Below, piece by piece: positions 26,152 through 36,775 of a stretch of 64,000 nucleotides of DNA. The DNA comes from Pirellulales bacterium (GTDB lineage: Bacteria > Planctomycetota > Planctomycetia > Pirellulales > PALSA-1355). Each line of letters starts with the position of its first letter. Positions within the stretch are counted from its first letter, which is position 1. Made by a program: the position numbers and the translations under genes. Location: the NCBI GenBank assembly GCA_963733035.1, contig CAVTBU010000005.1, positions 2,592,001-2,656,000 of the forward strand, given 5' to 3'. The notes beneath the pieces are model-generated. The model was not told the DNA's origin, did not search any database, and saw only the letters and a program-made list of their open reading frames with translations.

Positions 26152-26484
26152 TCACTCTTCGTCGTCTTCCCATTCCTCGTCCTCGTCTTCGTCTTCGTCC
26201 CAATCCTCGTCTTCCTCGTCGTCCCAATCCTCATCTTCCTCGTCGTCCTCGGCCTCGTCGTCGTCGTCTTCAACTTCTTCCCACTCGTCCTCTTCGAGAT
26301 CGTCCTCTTCTTCGTCGTCGTCATCTTCGTCGTCGTCGAAGTCGTCCTCGTCATCCTCTTCTTCATCAAATGCCCGGGGAGCATTCAACAAGTCGGCTGG
26401 ATGCTCTTCCAGGTCGGTCGCCCGGGCGCCAAACAAGTCGACGAGTTCATTGAGGGCATCTTCGGGCAAGGCGGTGGTGATCAC
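26152..26484 (-). CDS. Small, extremely acidic protein
   Basis: GAGGAGG RBS before GTG; D/E tract of about 70 aa; own terminator. Confidence 0.7.
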   Translation of the reverse strand: MITTALPEDALNELVDLFGARATDLEEHPADLLNAPRAFDEEEDDEDDFDDDEDDDDEEEDDLEEDEWEEVEDDDDEAEDDEEDEDWDDEEDEDWDEDEDEDEEWEDDEE

Positions 26485-26525
26485 GTTCGCATTCCTCCTC
26501 GATTCATTTCGGGCAGTAGTTCAGT

Positions 26526-27302
26526 TTATGACTCGTTATGAATCTCGCGATCGCGAGATTGGTTAGTGGAAATTGTCGGGACGGTCGATGCCGTGTCGGC
26601 AGGCACTAATCGCAACAATGCGGCCCGGGGCAGATCGTCCAGGTGCTTGAGGCCGAAGACCTGCAGAAAGCGTTTCGTGGTGGCGTATAAATAGGGACGT
26701 CCCAACTCCTCGGCTCGACCGGCGGCGCGGACCAGGTTCCGATCCATCAACTGCCTGAGTATCTCGCCGCAATCGACTCCACGAATCGCTTCGATCTCCG
26801 ACCGCATGACTGGTTGACGATAAGCCACGACCGCCAAAGTTTCTAGTGCCGGCGTTGAGAGCCGGATTTCGCCCGGCCCACCGTGCAATCGCCGCAACCA
26901 ACCGGCGAACTGAGGCCGCGACATCAGCTGAAAGCCGCCTGCCACTTCTTCGGCCACAAACGCACTGCCGGTTTCGTCATACCAATGGTTCAACCGGCGA
27001 ATCAATGTACGAGCTTCTGTTCCGTCTGCCAAGTGTGCCAGTTGAGCCAACTTACGCGTCGTGACGGGTTCGCGGGACAAAAACAGGACCGCCTCCAAGC
27101 GAGCCGTCCCGGCGTCGCGGGCAAACGGATCTGGCGCCGCGCTCGACTGCCGGCCGCGAGAATTCAGCCGCCGCCGCCAGACGCCCGACTTTTTGCCTTC
27201 CGCTTGCAGCCCGAGCTCGGGCGCTGAGCCACTGCGCAGGCGTCGGCGAGCACCCGAAAGTTGGGCCGCGGCGGTACGGTGTCGTTTTCCAGGGCGTGGC
27301 AA
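26526..27302 (-). CDS. scpB: SMC-Scp complex subunit ScpB (start uncertain)
   Basis: LEAVLF, VAGGFQL, LETLAVVAYRQP, IEAIRGV, GRPYLYATT..FL..FGL. Confidence 0.92.
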   Translation of the reverse strand: MPRPGKRHRTAAAQLSGARRRLRSGSAPELGLQAEGKKSGVWRRRLNSRGRQSSAAPDPFARDAGTARLEAVLFLSREPVTTRKLAQLAHLADGTEARTLIRRLNHWYDETGSAFVAEEVAGGFQLMSRPQFAGWLRRLHGGPGEIRLSTPALETLAVVAYRQPVMRSEIEAIRGVDCGEILRQLMDRNLVRAAGRAEELGRPYLYATTKRFLQVFGLKHLDDLPRAALLRLVPADTASTVPTISTNQSRDREIHNES

Positions 27303-27532
27303 AGCTTGGCCTGCGCGAGCTGATCGGGTTTTTGACCCAACACATTAACAGGTAAGGGTAAGCGGCGCGGCCCAGACTGACAAGTACCATCTGGGATGCC
27401 GAAAAAAGCCGGCGGCCAACGAGGCATATCCGGGGCTCCGGCCAGAAAAATCGCCCCTCGAAAAATGCCTGCCAGGGCTGACTAAGCGAAGGCGACTGGC
27501 TCAAGCAACCGCCGGTTCCAAGCTGGGGCAAC

Positions 27533-28333
27533 TCAATGCGCCGGTCCGTTGCGCCACGCTTCTACCTGCGCTAGAACGTCGGCCATGGCCTTCAAAGCAT
27601 CGCGATCCGTCGCTTCGAAATGCCGGCTGTAAGCGCCGTTGTTGGCGACAGCCATTCGGCAGTGAAACCGATAGAGTTCGCCGGCGCTTCCCCAGGTCTC
27701 AAGCAAATAATAAGTCGCTCCGTATTCGCGCAGCCGGCGTTCCATCTCGGTAAAGCGGTCTGGCTGTTCGAGCGGGCAGGCCGTTCGATCAACCCCCACC
27801 ACACCTGGATTCGCCGACACCGCCGGTGCAGAGTTCCCCGGCATGCCGCCCTGCGCCGGAGCAAACTGGGGATAGGAGTTCGGGGGTTGCGTTACCGCTG
27901 GCGATTGACCCGCCGGTGGAGCGGTTTGCGGCTCGACTGGCACCGAAAAACTAGCCGATTGGTTGTAGCCCGGTCGATCGCCAGGCCCGCTCACCGGCAC
28001 GACTGCCGGCGTGGCCCTTGTCGAACCATCCGCCTGCCAGGCCGCGGCTTCGGCACCTGGCGCACCCCATCGCGGTGCTTCCCAGTTCCCCGCACCATCG
28101 GCCGGCATCCCTCCGATGGATGGCCCCGAGGTGACCTCGCGGAAACCGTGTGGGTCGGAGGCGACCGTCGCCGGTTCCACGGGCTTGCCGGTACTCAGCG
28201 CAACAATGCGGTCCACCAGCACGCTCTTAACCACGTCGGGGAACGCGCTGCCGAAGATAGCCGCCATCGGCACGATGATCAGGCAGCTCAACATCACAAA
28301 GATGCGAAATGCCAAAACCGTCGAGGATTCCAT
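27533..28333 (-). CDS. Hypothetical membrane-anchored protein
   Basis: N-terminal TM, Pro/Gly linker, compact C-terminal domain (RLREYGATYYLLETWG). Confidence 0.7.
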   Translation of the reverse strand: MESSTVLAFRIFVMLSCLIIVPMAAIFGSAFPDVVKSVLVDRIVALSTGKPVEPATVASDPHGFREVTSGPSIGGMPADGAGNWEAPRWGAPGAEAAAWQADGSTRATPAVVPVSGPGDRPGYNQSASFSVPVEPQTAPPAGQSPAVTQPPNSYPQFAPAQGGMPGNSAPAVSANPGVVGVDRTACPLEQPDRFTEMERRLREYGATYYLLETWGSAGELYRFHCRMAVANNGAYSRHFEATDRDALKAMADVLAQVEAWRNGPAH

Positions 28334-28515
28334 TCCAATCGGTTCCTGCCGCGAGATTTCCGGGGCGTCCATGCCGCCAGGCAACGCTGCCCAAGTACAA
28401 GCGACGCGAGCGACTCCTGAATCCTGGGCGGGCGGGGATCATAGACGCATATGCGCATCGGGAGCAATGGCAGTCGTCCCATCCCCTTGCTAGCAGGTGC
28501 ACGGTTCCACGGCGC

Positions 28516-29196
28516 TCACTTTCGTGGCCGATACGCTGCCTTTACTTCGCGTACAAAGTAACTCAATTCCTTAAGCGGATTGGCCGCCGTAATCACCGGA
28601 TGACCAATGGCGATCAACTCGGCGCCCTGCTGCGAAGCCCGGATCCCGTCCTCGGCCAGGAAACAGCCAACTCCGATTGGCACGCGCACGGCTTGCTGAA
28701 CTGCCTCGAGCCATTGGGTGCTGTCCTGTGTGGCGTCGGCTCGGCGCTGGTCGGCACCGTAGTGCAGATACACCATGTGCACGCCCCAGTCGGCACATTG
28801 TCGAGCGCGGGCCGGCTGATCCTTGACGCCGATTGTATCGGCAACGACCCACACCCCGGTTTCTTTCGAATCGGCGATCGCGGCCTTGACGGTTTCGTCT
28901 GGCGCATTGGCGCAGACGGTCATGATGTGTCCGCCTTGCTCGGCCGTGCGGTGCACGTTCTTTCCACCCGAATCCATGGTTTTGTAGTCGGCCAGCACGG
29001 GGTAATCGGGAAATGCTCGGACCATCTTGCCGATGGGTGCGACTCCCTGCGAGACGATCAAGGGTGTACCGATCTCCAGCCAGTCGACGCCGGCTTCGAT
29101 GCCGATCTTGGCCATCTCGATGGCCTCTTCAATCGTGGCGTAATCGAGCGCAATTTGGATGATCGGTGGTTTGGAAATCTTGAGCGTCACTTGCAT
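28516..29196 (-). CDS. 3-hexulose-6-phosphate synthase / OMPdecase-HUMPS family
   Basis: IQIALD, LEIGTPL, LADYKTMDSG, YLHYGADQ. Confidence 0.85.
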   Translation of the reverse strand: MQVTLKISKPPIIQIALDYATIEEAIEMAKIGIEAGVDWLEIGTPLIVSQGVAPIGKMVRAFPDYPVLADYKTMDSGGKNVHRTAEQGGHIMTVCANAPDETVKAAIADSKETGVWVVADTIGVKDQPARARQCADWGVHMVYLHYGADQRRADATQDSTQWLEAVQQAVRVPIGVGCFLAEDGIRASQQGAELIAIGHPVITAANPLKELSYFVREVKAAYRPRK

Positions 29197-29263
29197 TGCT
29201 GTCTTCTCCGTCAAAGGGCAGGGGCGTCGCCGCATCATAACGGCGCGTCGGCAGCAAGGAAAA

Positions 29264-30145
29264 TCAAAGGCGCTGGTCAGCCGCCAGTAGTTTATCGAGG
29301 GCGGCGAGCGCCACGTTCCAAGCGGAATTCGAGCCCTGATACGTCGCCCACCAATCGAGCAGCAAATCGGCGTCCACGGCCGGAATTCGCCATGCTTCGA
29401 CGGCCGATACGAGTGTCTCGCGGTTGCAACTGGCTAACTCGACTTCTTCGGCAGCGGCCAAAATCGGGGGAACAAGCGCCAGCGGACCGATCTCCTCGCG
29501 GCGCTGTCGGCCCACCTGCTCCTCGTACTTCGGCAAGTCGAGATTCAATTGTCCCCATAGCCATCCCAGTCGCACGATTTCCGGCAGCTCTGGCACCGGG
29601 TTGGCGAGCATCGCCTCGAAGTGCAGCGAATTGTAGAGCGGATGCGCTCGTCCCGCGCCGCCGAGGATGGGCTGCACCAGGATGACGTCGGCCGACTCGA
29701 CGACGACATCGGCCTCCGTCAGACGCCCGAGCGTGGCAAGTAGACCCGGCCCCCTCGCTTCCCACTGGGCGCGCAGCGGCCCGCTGCGCAGCTCAAGCTG
29801 CTCGATGCCATCCGGCAGCGCCTGGCAAAACGCCGCGAACAGGGTCGTCAGTCTTTGCGACAGACCGCCGGCGGCCTCGATGTTCGCCGGGCCCAGCAGC
29901 TTGCCAAGCACCACTTCGGCCAATTGCCGTGGCACGTCAAACTTCACGGCCAGAGGAATCGCGTGCGAGAAGAATCGCCTCGGCTCCCCAACGATGGGCG
30001 CCAACTCCGCGGCGAGCGCGGCTGCCTCCGCGGCAATCGCCGCATGCAGGCGAGCATCCGCGGGTGGCGTGCCGGCCAAACAACATTCCGCCGCGTGCAA
30101 GGCGCTGGCCGACATGCCGGCAATCCAACGTGCATCTCCGGGCAT
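29264..30145 (-). CDS. Hypothetical protein
   Basis: 293-aa ORF with protein-like composition, co-oriented with its neighbours. Confidence 0.65.
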   Translation of the reverse strand: MPGDARWIAGMSASALHAAECCLAGTPPADARLHAAIAAEAAALAAELAPIVGEPRRFFSHAIPLAVKFDVPRQLAEVVLGKLLGPANIEAAGGLSQRLTTLFAAFCQALPDGIEQLELRSGPLRAQWEARGPGLLATLGRLTEADVVVESADVILVQPILGGAGRAHPLYNSLHFEAMLANPVPELPEIVRLGWLWGQLNLDLPKYEEQVGRQRREEIGPLALVPPILAAAEEVELASCNRETLVSAVEAWRIPAVDADLLLDWWATYQGSNSAWNVALAALDKLLAADQRL

Positions 30146-30376
30146 GTACGTCTCTACTTTGCAAGGGGCACGGTCGGGAACTTGAATAGGAATTATCTTC
30201 CCTCACGCGATTGCCCACCAGCCCACGATCGGCGTCGCCCAGGGCCTGTGGCCGGCCCGCGAAATTCGAGCCGAAGCGGGGTATTTTGCCGTGGCACTCC
30301 GTCGACCGTATGCCAATAATTCGATACGATGTGATGTTTGGTTCCGAGGTTCTCTTCGCCCAGGGTGAAGCCAACA

Positions 30377-32296
30377 ATGCTCGATCAAGAAGTGCGACGT
30401 TGGACGGTCACGGACGCCGCCGAGATGTACGACATTGCCCGCTGGGGAAAGGGCTACTTTTCCATCGGCGAAGACGGCCATTTGCGCGTGCATACCGAAA
30501 AGGATCCGGATCGCTGGCTCGACTTGAAGCAGCTCGTCGACCGCCTGCAACTGCGGGGCATCGATCTGCCGATTCTGATCCGCTTCGCCGAGATTCTCAA
30601 GCATCGGCTCGGTGAGATCCACAAAGTCTTCGCCAATGCGATTGCCGAACACAAGTACAACGGCGCCTATTGCTGCGTGTATCCAATCAAGGTCAACCAG
30701 CAACGTCAGGTGGTCGAGGAGGTCGTGCGATTCGGCCGACCTTATCAATTCGGCCTCGAAGCCGGCAGCAAACCCGAACTAATGGCCGTGGTGGCCATGG
30801 CCACCGATGATACGCCGATCATCTGCAACGGCTTCAAGGATGCCGAGTTCATTGAGATGGCGATGATGGCCCTCAAAATGGGGCGCCACATCATACCGGT
30901 CGTCGAGAAATACACCGAACTAGCCTTGATCCTCGACCTGGCCGAAAAGCTCGGCGTGCGGCCAATGATCGGCTTCCGCGTCAAGCTTGCCGCGCGCGGC
31001 AGCGGACGCTGGCAACAGTCGGGCGGCTATCGCTCCAAGTTTGGCCTCACGGTCAGCGAAATCCTCAGGGCCCTCCAGGAACTTAAATCGCGGGGCATGG
31101 AAGACTGCTTCAAGCTGCTGCACTTTCACCTCGGCAGCCAGATCACCAACATTCGCCAGATCAAAGGCGCGCTCAACGAAGCCATTCGCGTCTACGTCGA
31201 TCTGGCCCAACAGGGCGCCGGTCTCGAATATCTGGACGTGGGTGGCGGCCTCGGGGTTGATTACGACGGGTCGCAAACCAACTTCGAATCGAGTGCCAAC
31301 TACACCCTGCAGGAATACGCCAACGACGTCGTCTATCACGTCCAGACCGTGTGCGACGAAGCCGGTGTCGCGCACCCGACGATCATCTCCGAAAGCGGCC
31401 GAGCCGTCGTGGCGTACCACAGCGCGCTAGTGTTCGGCGTTCTCGGCGTCGCCGGGCAGGGAGAGAACGACGTCCCGTTGCAATTGCCCGAAGAAGCCGA
31501 ACAACCGCTGCGCGATCTGCTCGATACGTATCAAAACCTCACCGTCCGAAACGTGCTCGAGGCGTACCACGACGCCACCCAGTCGCTCGACATGGCGATG
31601 AGCCTGTTTGCCGGCGGATACCTGCCGCTGGTTCAGCGCAGCACCGCCGAGAATCTGTTTTGGGCCATCTGCCACAAGATCCAACGTTTGACCAAGCAGC
31701 TCGAATTCGTGCCCGAGGAATTGGAAGGGCTCGACGCTCAGCTTTCAGACACCTATTTCTGCAACTTCTCGCTGTTTCAGTCGATGCCCGACAGTTGGGC
31801 CATCAAGCAATTGTTCCCGGTCATGCCGATCCATCGGCTCGATGAGCGGCCGACGCGGCACGCCGTGTTGGGCGACATCACTTGCGACTCGGACGGCAAG
31901 ATCGAGCAGTTCATCGACCGCCGCGACGTCAAGCGCACGTTGCCGTTGCATGCCTATACGGGCGAACCTTACTACCTGGGCGCCTTCCTGCTGGGCGCGT
32001 ACCAGGAGATTCTCGGCGACATGCACAATTTGTTCGGCGACACCAATGCGGTCCACGTCAGTATGGACGACAGTGGCCAGGTGGTGCTCGAAACGGTCAT
32101 CAAGGGCGACACGGTCCGAGAGGTGCTCGACTACGTGGAGTTCAACGTCGAAGGTCTGCGGGCTCAATTCCGCGCCGCCGTCGAACTGGCGGTGCGCGAG
32201 TCGCGCATCGGCTACGAAGAGGCCGGCCGCTTTCTCCGGTTCTACGAAGGTGGTCTCGAAGGATACACATACCTCGAAGAACCGCACGAGCATTAG
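30377..32296 (+). CDS. speA: Biosynthetic arginine decarboxylase
   Basis: VYPIKVNQ, GLEAGSKPEL, HFHLGSQI, DVGGGLGVDYDGS, ESGRA, DITCDSDG, GAYQEILG. Confidence 0.96.
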   Translation: MLDQEVRRWTVTDAAEMYDIARWGKGYFSIGEDGHLRVHTEKDPDRWLDLKQLVDRLQLRGIDLPILIRFAEILKHRLGEIHKVFANAIAEHKYNGAYCCVYPIKVNQQRQVVEEVVRFGRPYQFGLEAGSKPELMAVVAMATDDTPIICNGFKDAEFIEMAMMALKMGRHIIPVVEKYTELALILDLAEKLGVRPMIGFRVKLAARGSGRWQQSGGYRSKFGLTVSEILRALQELKSRGMEDCFKLLHFHLGSQITNIRQIKGALNEAIRVYVDLAQQGAGLEYLDVGGGLGVDYDGSQTNFESSANYTLQEYANDVVYHVQTVCDEAGVAHPTIISESGRAVVAYHSALVFGVLGVAGQGENDVPLQLPEEAEQPLRDLLDTYQNLTVRNVLEAYHDATQSLDMAMSLFAGGYLPLVQRSTAENLFWAICHKIQRLTKQLEFVPEELEGLDAQLSDTYFCNFSLFQSMPDSWAIKQLFPVMPIHRLDERPTRHAVLGDITCDSDGKIEQFIDRRDVKRTLPLHAYTGEPYYLGAFLLGAYQEILGDMHNLFGDTNAVHVSMDDSGQVVLETVIKGDTVREVLDYVEFNVEGLRAQFRAAVELAVRESRIGYEEAGRFLRFYEGGLEGYTYLEEPHEH

Positions 32297-32443
32297 CCGC
32301 GGCGGAATTCAAAGAGCGGAAGGATGGGACAACTCTTTCGCCGCCGAGCAACTGCTCCACGACGTCCAGCGCACAGCCAGCAGGACTTGCGATCCGCTTG
32401 TCCGAGTTTCCGCCCTCATCCTTCTGATTTCAGACTTCCCCCA

Positions 32444-33068
32444 ATGCCTCTTCGCGGCGTGATTTTTGATCTCGATGGCACGTTGGTCGACTCGGCATTG
32501 GACTTCGACCTGATGCGGCGCGAAATGGGGTTGCCCTCGGGTCGACCCATTCTCGAGAGCACTCGAGTCGCTGCCGGCCGCCGAGGCCGAGCAAATGTGG
32601 GACATCGTCGCCACGCATGAGCTTCGCGGCGTCCAGCGGGCAACCATCTTCCCGGGCACGCGCGAGTTTCTCGACGAACTTGGCCAGCGCGGTATCAAAC
32701 GCGGTGTGCTGACCCGCAATAGTCGCGCTTCGACGCTAGCAACGCTTTCACGTCTGCAGATCGAAATTGATGCAATCGTGTCGCGAGAAGACGGGCCGGT
32801 GAAGCCCTCTCCGGCCGGAATCTTGCGGATTTGCCGGAACTGGGCCGTTTCACCTCGGCAATGTGTCATGATCGGGGACTACCGTTTCGATATCGAAGCG
32901 GGCCGCGGCGCTGGCGCCCGGACGGTGTTGTTCACCGGGGCCGGCAGACCCCACGACATGATCGCGGGCGACGACGCCGATCTTGTGCTGCCGAGTTTTG
33001 TCGAGCGCGCCCGATTCTGGGATTGGGTCGCGCAAATCGACCTAGGGGGTTCTGCGGGTTGTTGCTAA
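32444..33068 (+). CDS. HAD-family hydrolase; frameshift near 32560-32590
   Basis: IFDLDGTLVDS (ORF 32324) plus LTRN, KPSP, MIGDYRFD (ORF 32595). Confidence 0.85.
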
Positions 33069-33150
33069 TATCCGCCCGCCGATGGCCGGACAGACTGAAA
33101 GTTCGCGCCTTTACTCGCCGCGGATCCCCCCAGTATTCGATGTGATTGCC

Positions 33151-34212
33151 ATGCACTCGACACTGAGCTATCTCGTATCGTCGCTTGTCTTTGCATATTC
33201 GATCTCGGCGGTCGCGCCGGCGTTTGCGCAAGCCTATTTGGGCCCGCGCCGCACGCCTTCGAACTCGCAAGCCCCTCGGCAATCAACGGCCACCGCGCCG
33301 GCTCGCCCCGCGCAGCGTGCGGGGCAATATCCCGTTCGTCAGGCGGCAGCCACCGACGCGCCGCCCGCGGCTCGCACGCAGCCTCAACCCGGCGGCGCAG
33401 CAATTGCCGTCGCGCCGCAAGCGCCATTCACGCTCACGCCGGCGGAACAAGCCCTGCTCGACCAGATCCTGGCGAAGTGGGAGCAACAGAGCAACCGAAT
33501 CGGTACATTTACCTGCACTTTCGGCCGCTGGGAAGTCAACAAAGTTTTTGGCCCAGCCGCGCACAACTATGTGCTTAGCGAGGCCAAAGGCGAGATCAAA
33601 TTCAAGTCGCCCGATCACGGCGTCTACGTAGTCAACGAGCAGACCGAATGGGACAAAGCCAAGAATGCTTACGTCTCCCGAACCACGGGGCTCGATCACT
33701 GGGTCTGCGACGGCGAATCGATCTTTGAATACGATCACGCGAAGAAGCAGCTCATCGAACGGGAGCTCGCGCCCGAAATGCGGGGCAAGGCGATCACCGA
33801 TGGCCCGTTGCCGTTCGTGTTCGGAACAAAGGCCGACCAACTCAAGCGCCGCTATTGGATGAAGGACATCACGCCAGCGGATCAAGTAAACAAGGAAATC
33901 TGGCTCGAAGCCTGGCCCCAATTCCAGCGCGACGCCGCCAATTTCCACCACGCGATTATCATCCTGAACCAGAAGGACTTCATGCCCTCGGCTCTGCGGA
34001 TCGTACTGCCCGATGGCAAGAACACGCAGGACTACAAATTTGAAGGGACGCAGGTCAACAATCCGTTGGCCACATTGACCGGTGCGTTCTTCGCCCCGCG
34101 GACGCCCTTCGGCTGGACGAAGGTCGTCATTCCCGCCGGCGGCCAGCAGGTTCCGCCGCCGGGCGACGCGCCGCAAGCGCAGCAGCCCCGCGGGGGCGTT
34201 CAACGTCAGTAA
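33151..34212 (+). CDS. Planctomycete TIGR03009-like (LolA-like) exported protein
   Basis: Signal peptide; LDQILAKWEQQS, GEIKF..PD.G, WVCDG, GPLPFVFG..A..LK.RY. Confidence 0.7.
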   Translation: MHSTLSYLVSSLVFAYSISAVAPAFAQAYLGPRRTPSNSQAPRQSTATAPARPAQRAGQYPVRQAAATDAPPAARTQPQPGGAAIAVAPQAPFTLTPAEQALLDQILAKWEQQSNRIGTFTCTFGRWEVNKVFGPAAHNYVLSEAKGEIKFKSPDHGVYVVNEQTEWDKAKNAYVSRTTGLDHWVCDGESIFEYDHAKKQLIERELAPEMRGKAITDGPLPFVFGTKADQLKRRYWMKDITPADQVNKEIWLEAWPQFQRDAANFHHAIIILNQKDFMPSALRIVLPDGKNTQDYKFEGTQVNNPLATLTGAFFAPRTPFGWTKVVIPAGGQQVPPPGDAPQAQQPRGGVQRQ

Positions 34213-34385
34213 TCCTTCCGGCCGACACATTCCGGCAGCGGGCTTTTGGCTGCGCGCCCAGTCCATCGCCTGGCCTTGTCTCGAATTTGACTCTACCTAC
34301 CCCCGCGCTATAATCTCTGGTGCCCTTAGGGAAATCTATCGACTCGGCATTTGCGCTGGCCGATGTCATTGCCAGCGAAGCAGTT

Positions 34386-36620
34386 ATGATGCCTGCCAGC
34401 GCGATTCGTCGTGAGCCGTTGCGGCGCCGTTCGCGCCGCGTTGGTGGCGTGTTCGCCTGCTTGGCGGCACTGCTGTTAATGGCCGCTGACGAGGCCCCTC
34501 AATCAGACATCAGCGACGCTCAAAAGCCAGCCCCTGCCGTCAAAGCCGGTCGGTTGATCCGCGTGCCACTGCCCCTGATTGGCAACGCCGACACACAGGT
34601 GATCGCGGCCGCGCGGAAGGCGATCGCGGACCTGCCGTCCGCTGGCGAGCGGCCCGTTCTCGTGCTGGAGTTTTCTTCGTCTGACAATCAAACGGGTCAG
34701 GGAAGCGACTTCGAACGCTCGCTCAAGCTCGCCCGATTTCTCTCGAGCGGCGAAGCCAGCACGGTGGAAACCGTGGCCTATATCCCCAAGGCACTCAAGG
34801 GGCACGCCGTGCTCGCGGCAATGGCCTGCGAAGCGATCATCATGGGGCCCGACGCCGTGCTGGGTGAAGCGGGGCTCGATGAGCCGGCCGAGCAGTTGAC
34901 CGATCCGACGATACGCAGTGGCTATCGAGAGATCGCCAACCGTCGCCGCACGATCCCCGCGGAAGTCGCCCTGGCGATGCTCGACAAGAACGTCGAGCTC
35001 CTCAAGGTCGAAACCGAAGTCAGCCCCGAGTTCGTGCTCAAGAGCGATCTTCCGGAACTAAAGAAAAAGCACTCGATTCATTCGCAGCAAGTGTTGAGCC
35101 CGCCCGGAGAGTTCGCGCTGTTTACCGGCAGCGAAGCCCGTAGCGAAGGGTTCGCCAAGTATCTTGCCGACAACCGCGCGGCGCTCGCCCGCGCGCTGTC
35201 GATACCGGCCAAGGACTTGGAAGACGATCCATCGCTGTGGGGAGCGTGGCGGCCCGTCGTCGTGGCGCTCGAAGGACCGATCACCAACTCCGTCGTCTCG
35301 CGCGTGCAGCGCACCATCGAGGACCAAACCCGCGATCACGGCGTCAATTTTATCGTCCTCAAAATCGAGAGCCCCGGCGGTCCGTTGGCCGACAGTTTGA
35401 ACCTGGCGAGTTTTCTCGCCGAGCAGGATCCAGCTCGGGTAAGAATCGTGGCCTACGTTCCGGTGCAGGCGCTTGCCAGCGCCGGCCTGGTGGCGATGGC
35501 GGCCGACCAGCTTGTCATGAACCACCGCGCGGTGCTGGGCGGCAGCGGTGAAACGGATTTCGCAAAAGAAGACCTGGAACTCGCGCGACAGACGCTCGAA
35601 GAAAGCCTGGCGCCGCGAAAACAGCGATCCTGGTCACTGATGGCGGCGCTCGTTGATCCGCAATTACGCGTCTATGAATACACGCATCGTCAAAACGGAA
35701 CGGTCGCATACTTTTCAGCCGAAGAGTTGGCCGAACAAGAAAACCCCGACGATTGGTCGCAAGGCCAGGAGATTACGCATGCGGGCGAACCGCTCCGAGT
35801 AACTGGCGACCGCGCGGCCGCGCTCGGTATGGCCCGGTATGCCGTCCAGGACTTCACGGACCTCAAACAGCAATACGGACTCGAAGGGGATATTGAACTG
35901 GCCGAGCCGGGTTGGGCCGACTACCTGATCGAGGCCTTGGCGGCGCCGGCCGTAGCCTGGCTGCTGCTACTGATCGGCGGGGCAGCCCTCTATGCGGAAA
36001 TCCAATCGCCCGGAATCGGCATCGGTGCATTCATCGCCGGCATCTGCTTCTTGCTGTACTTTTGGAGCAAGCATCTCGACGGAACCGCCGGTTGGCTGGA
36101 GGTCGTGCTCTTCACGGCCGGCGTCTGCTGCATTCTGCTCGAGTTGTTCGTACTTCCGGGTACGACCATCTTTGGGCTGGGGGGCGGGCTGTTGGTGATC
36201 GTCTCGTTGATCCTGGCAAGCCAGACGTTCGTGCTACCACACAACGAATATCAAATGACCCAACTGCGCGACTCGCTGATGAGCCTGCTGGGCGTCGGAG
36301 TCGGCATCGGCATCTTGGCAATGCTCATGCATCGCTATCTGCCGCACGCGCCGCTGTTTAATAACATGATGCTGGAACCACCCAGCGGCGCGGAACTGGA
36401 AGACCTGGCGCACCGCGAGTCGATTGTCGACTTCGAGTATCTGCTGGGGCTGCACGGTACCGCCGCCACACAGCTAACTCCTTCCGGCAAAGCCCGTTTC
36501 GAGGGCAAGCTGATCGACGTCATCGCCGACGGCGAAGTCATCGCCCGGGGGCAACCGGTCGTGGTGACCGAAGTGCACGGCAACCGGGTGGTTGTCCGCT
36601 CGGCTCCCCAAACTGCCTAG
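34386..36620 (+). CDS. Long NfeD protein with two ClpP/S49-like domains
   Basis: IESPGG, E..SPG.G TM block, LELFVLPG, C-terminal OB fold (T.LTPSGKA). Confidence 0.85.
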   Translation: MMPASAIRREPLRRRSRRVGGVFACLAALLLMAADEAPQSDISDAQKPAPAVKAGRLIRVPLPLIGNADTQVIAAARKAIADLPSAGERPVLVLEFSSSDNQTGQGSDFERSLKLARFLSSGEASTVETVAYIPKALKGHAVLAAMACEAIIMGPDAVLGEAGLDEPAEQLTDPTIRSGYREIANRRRTIPAEVALAMLDKNVELLKVETEVSPEFVLKSDLPELKKKHSIHSQQVLSPPGEFALFTGSEARSEGFAKYLADNRAALARALSIPAKDLEDDPSLWGAWRPVVVALEGPITNSVVSRVQRTIEDQTRDHGVNFIVLKIESPGGPLADSLNLASFLAEQDPARVRIVAYVPVQALASAGLVAMAADQLVMNHRAVLGGSGETDFAKEDLELARQTLEESLAPRKQRSWSLMAALVDPQLRVYEYTHRQNGTVAYFSAEELAEQENPDDWSQGQEITHAGEPLRVTGDRAAALGMARYAVQDFTDLKQQYGLEGDIELAEPGWADYLIEALAAPAVAWLLLLIGGAALYAEIQSPGIGIGAFIAGICFLLYFWSKHLDGTAGWLEVVLFTAGVCCILLELFVLPGTTIFGLGGGLLVIVSLILASQTFVLPHNEYQMTQLRDSLMSLLGVGVGIGILAMLMHRYLPHAPLFNNMMLEPPSGAELEDLAHRESIVDFEYLLGLHGTAATQLTPSGKARFEGKLIDVIADGEVIARGQPVVVTEVHGNRVVVRSAPQTA

Positions 36621-36775
36621 CGGGCGGTTGAAGAATTCGACGCGCCTGCGTCATCGCATGGATGCGATGCCAAAATAGCGACCTAAGTCGTTATTTTGCG
36701 AGCCGTGCGGAGCTTTGCTTCGCACTTGGCGAGGTTGAAAAATGCCCACGACGGCATTTTTCAACCGGCTGCTGG
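36617..36775. mobile_element. 159-bp MITE/REPIN-like element, copy 2 (inverted)
   Basis: Reverse complement of 25902-26060; perfect 14-bp hairpin at 36733-36766. Confidence 0.75.

Noticed and set aside
26136..26541. Alternative ORFs over the acidic gene (poly-V/F on +, poly-T/K/R on -)
   Set aside because: Shadow frames of the GAN-codon tract; only the D/E frame has an RBS and terminator
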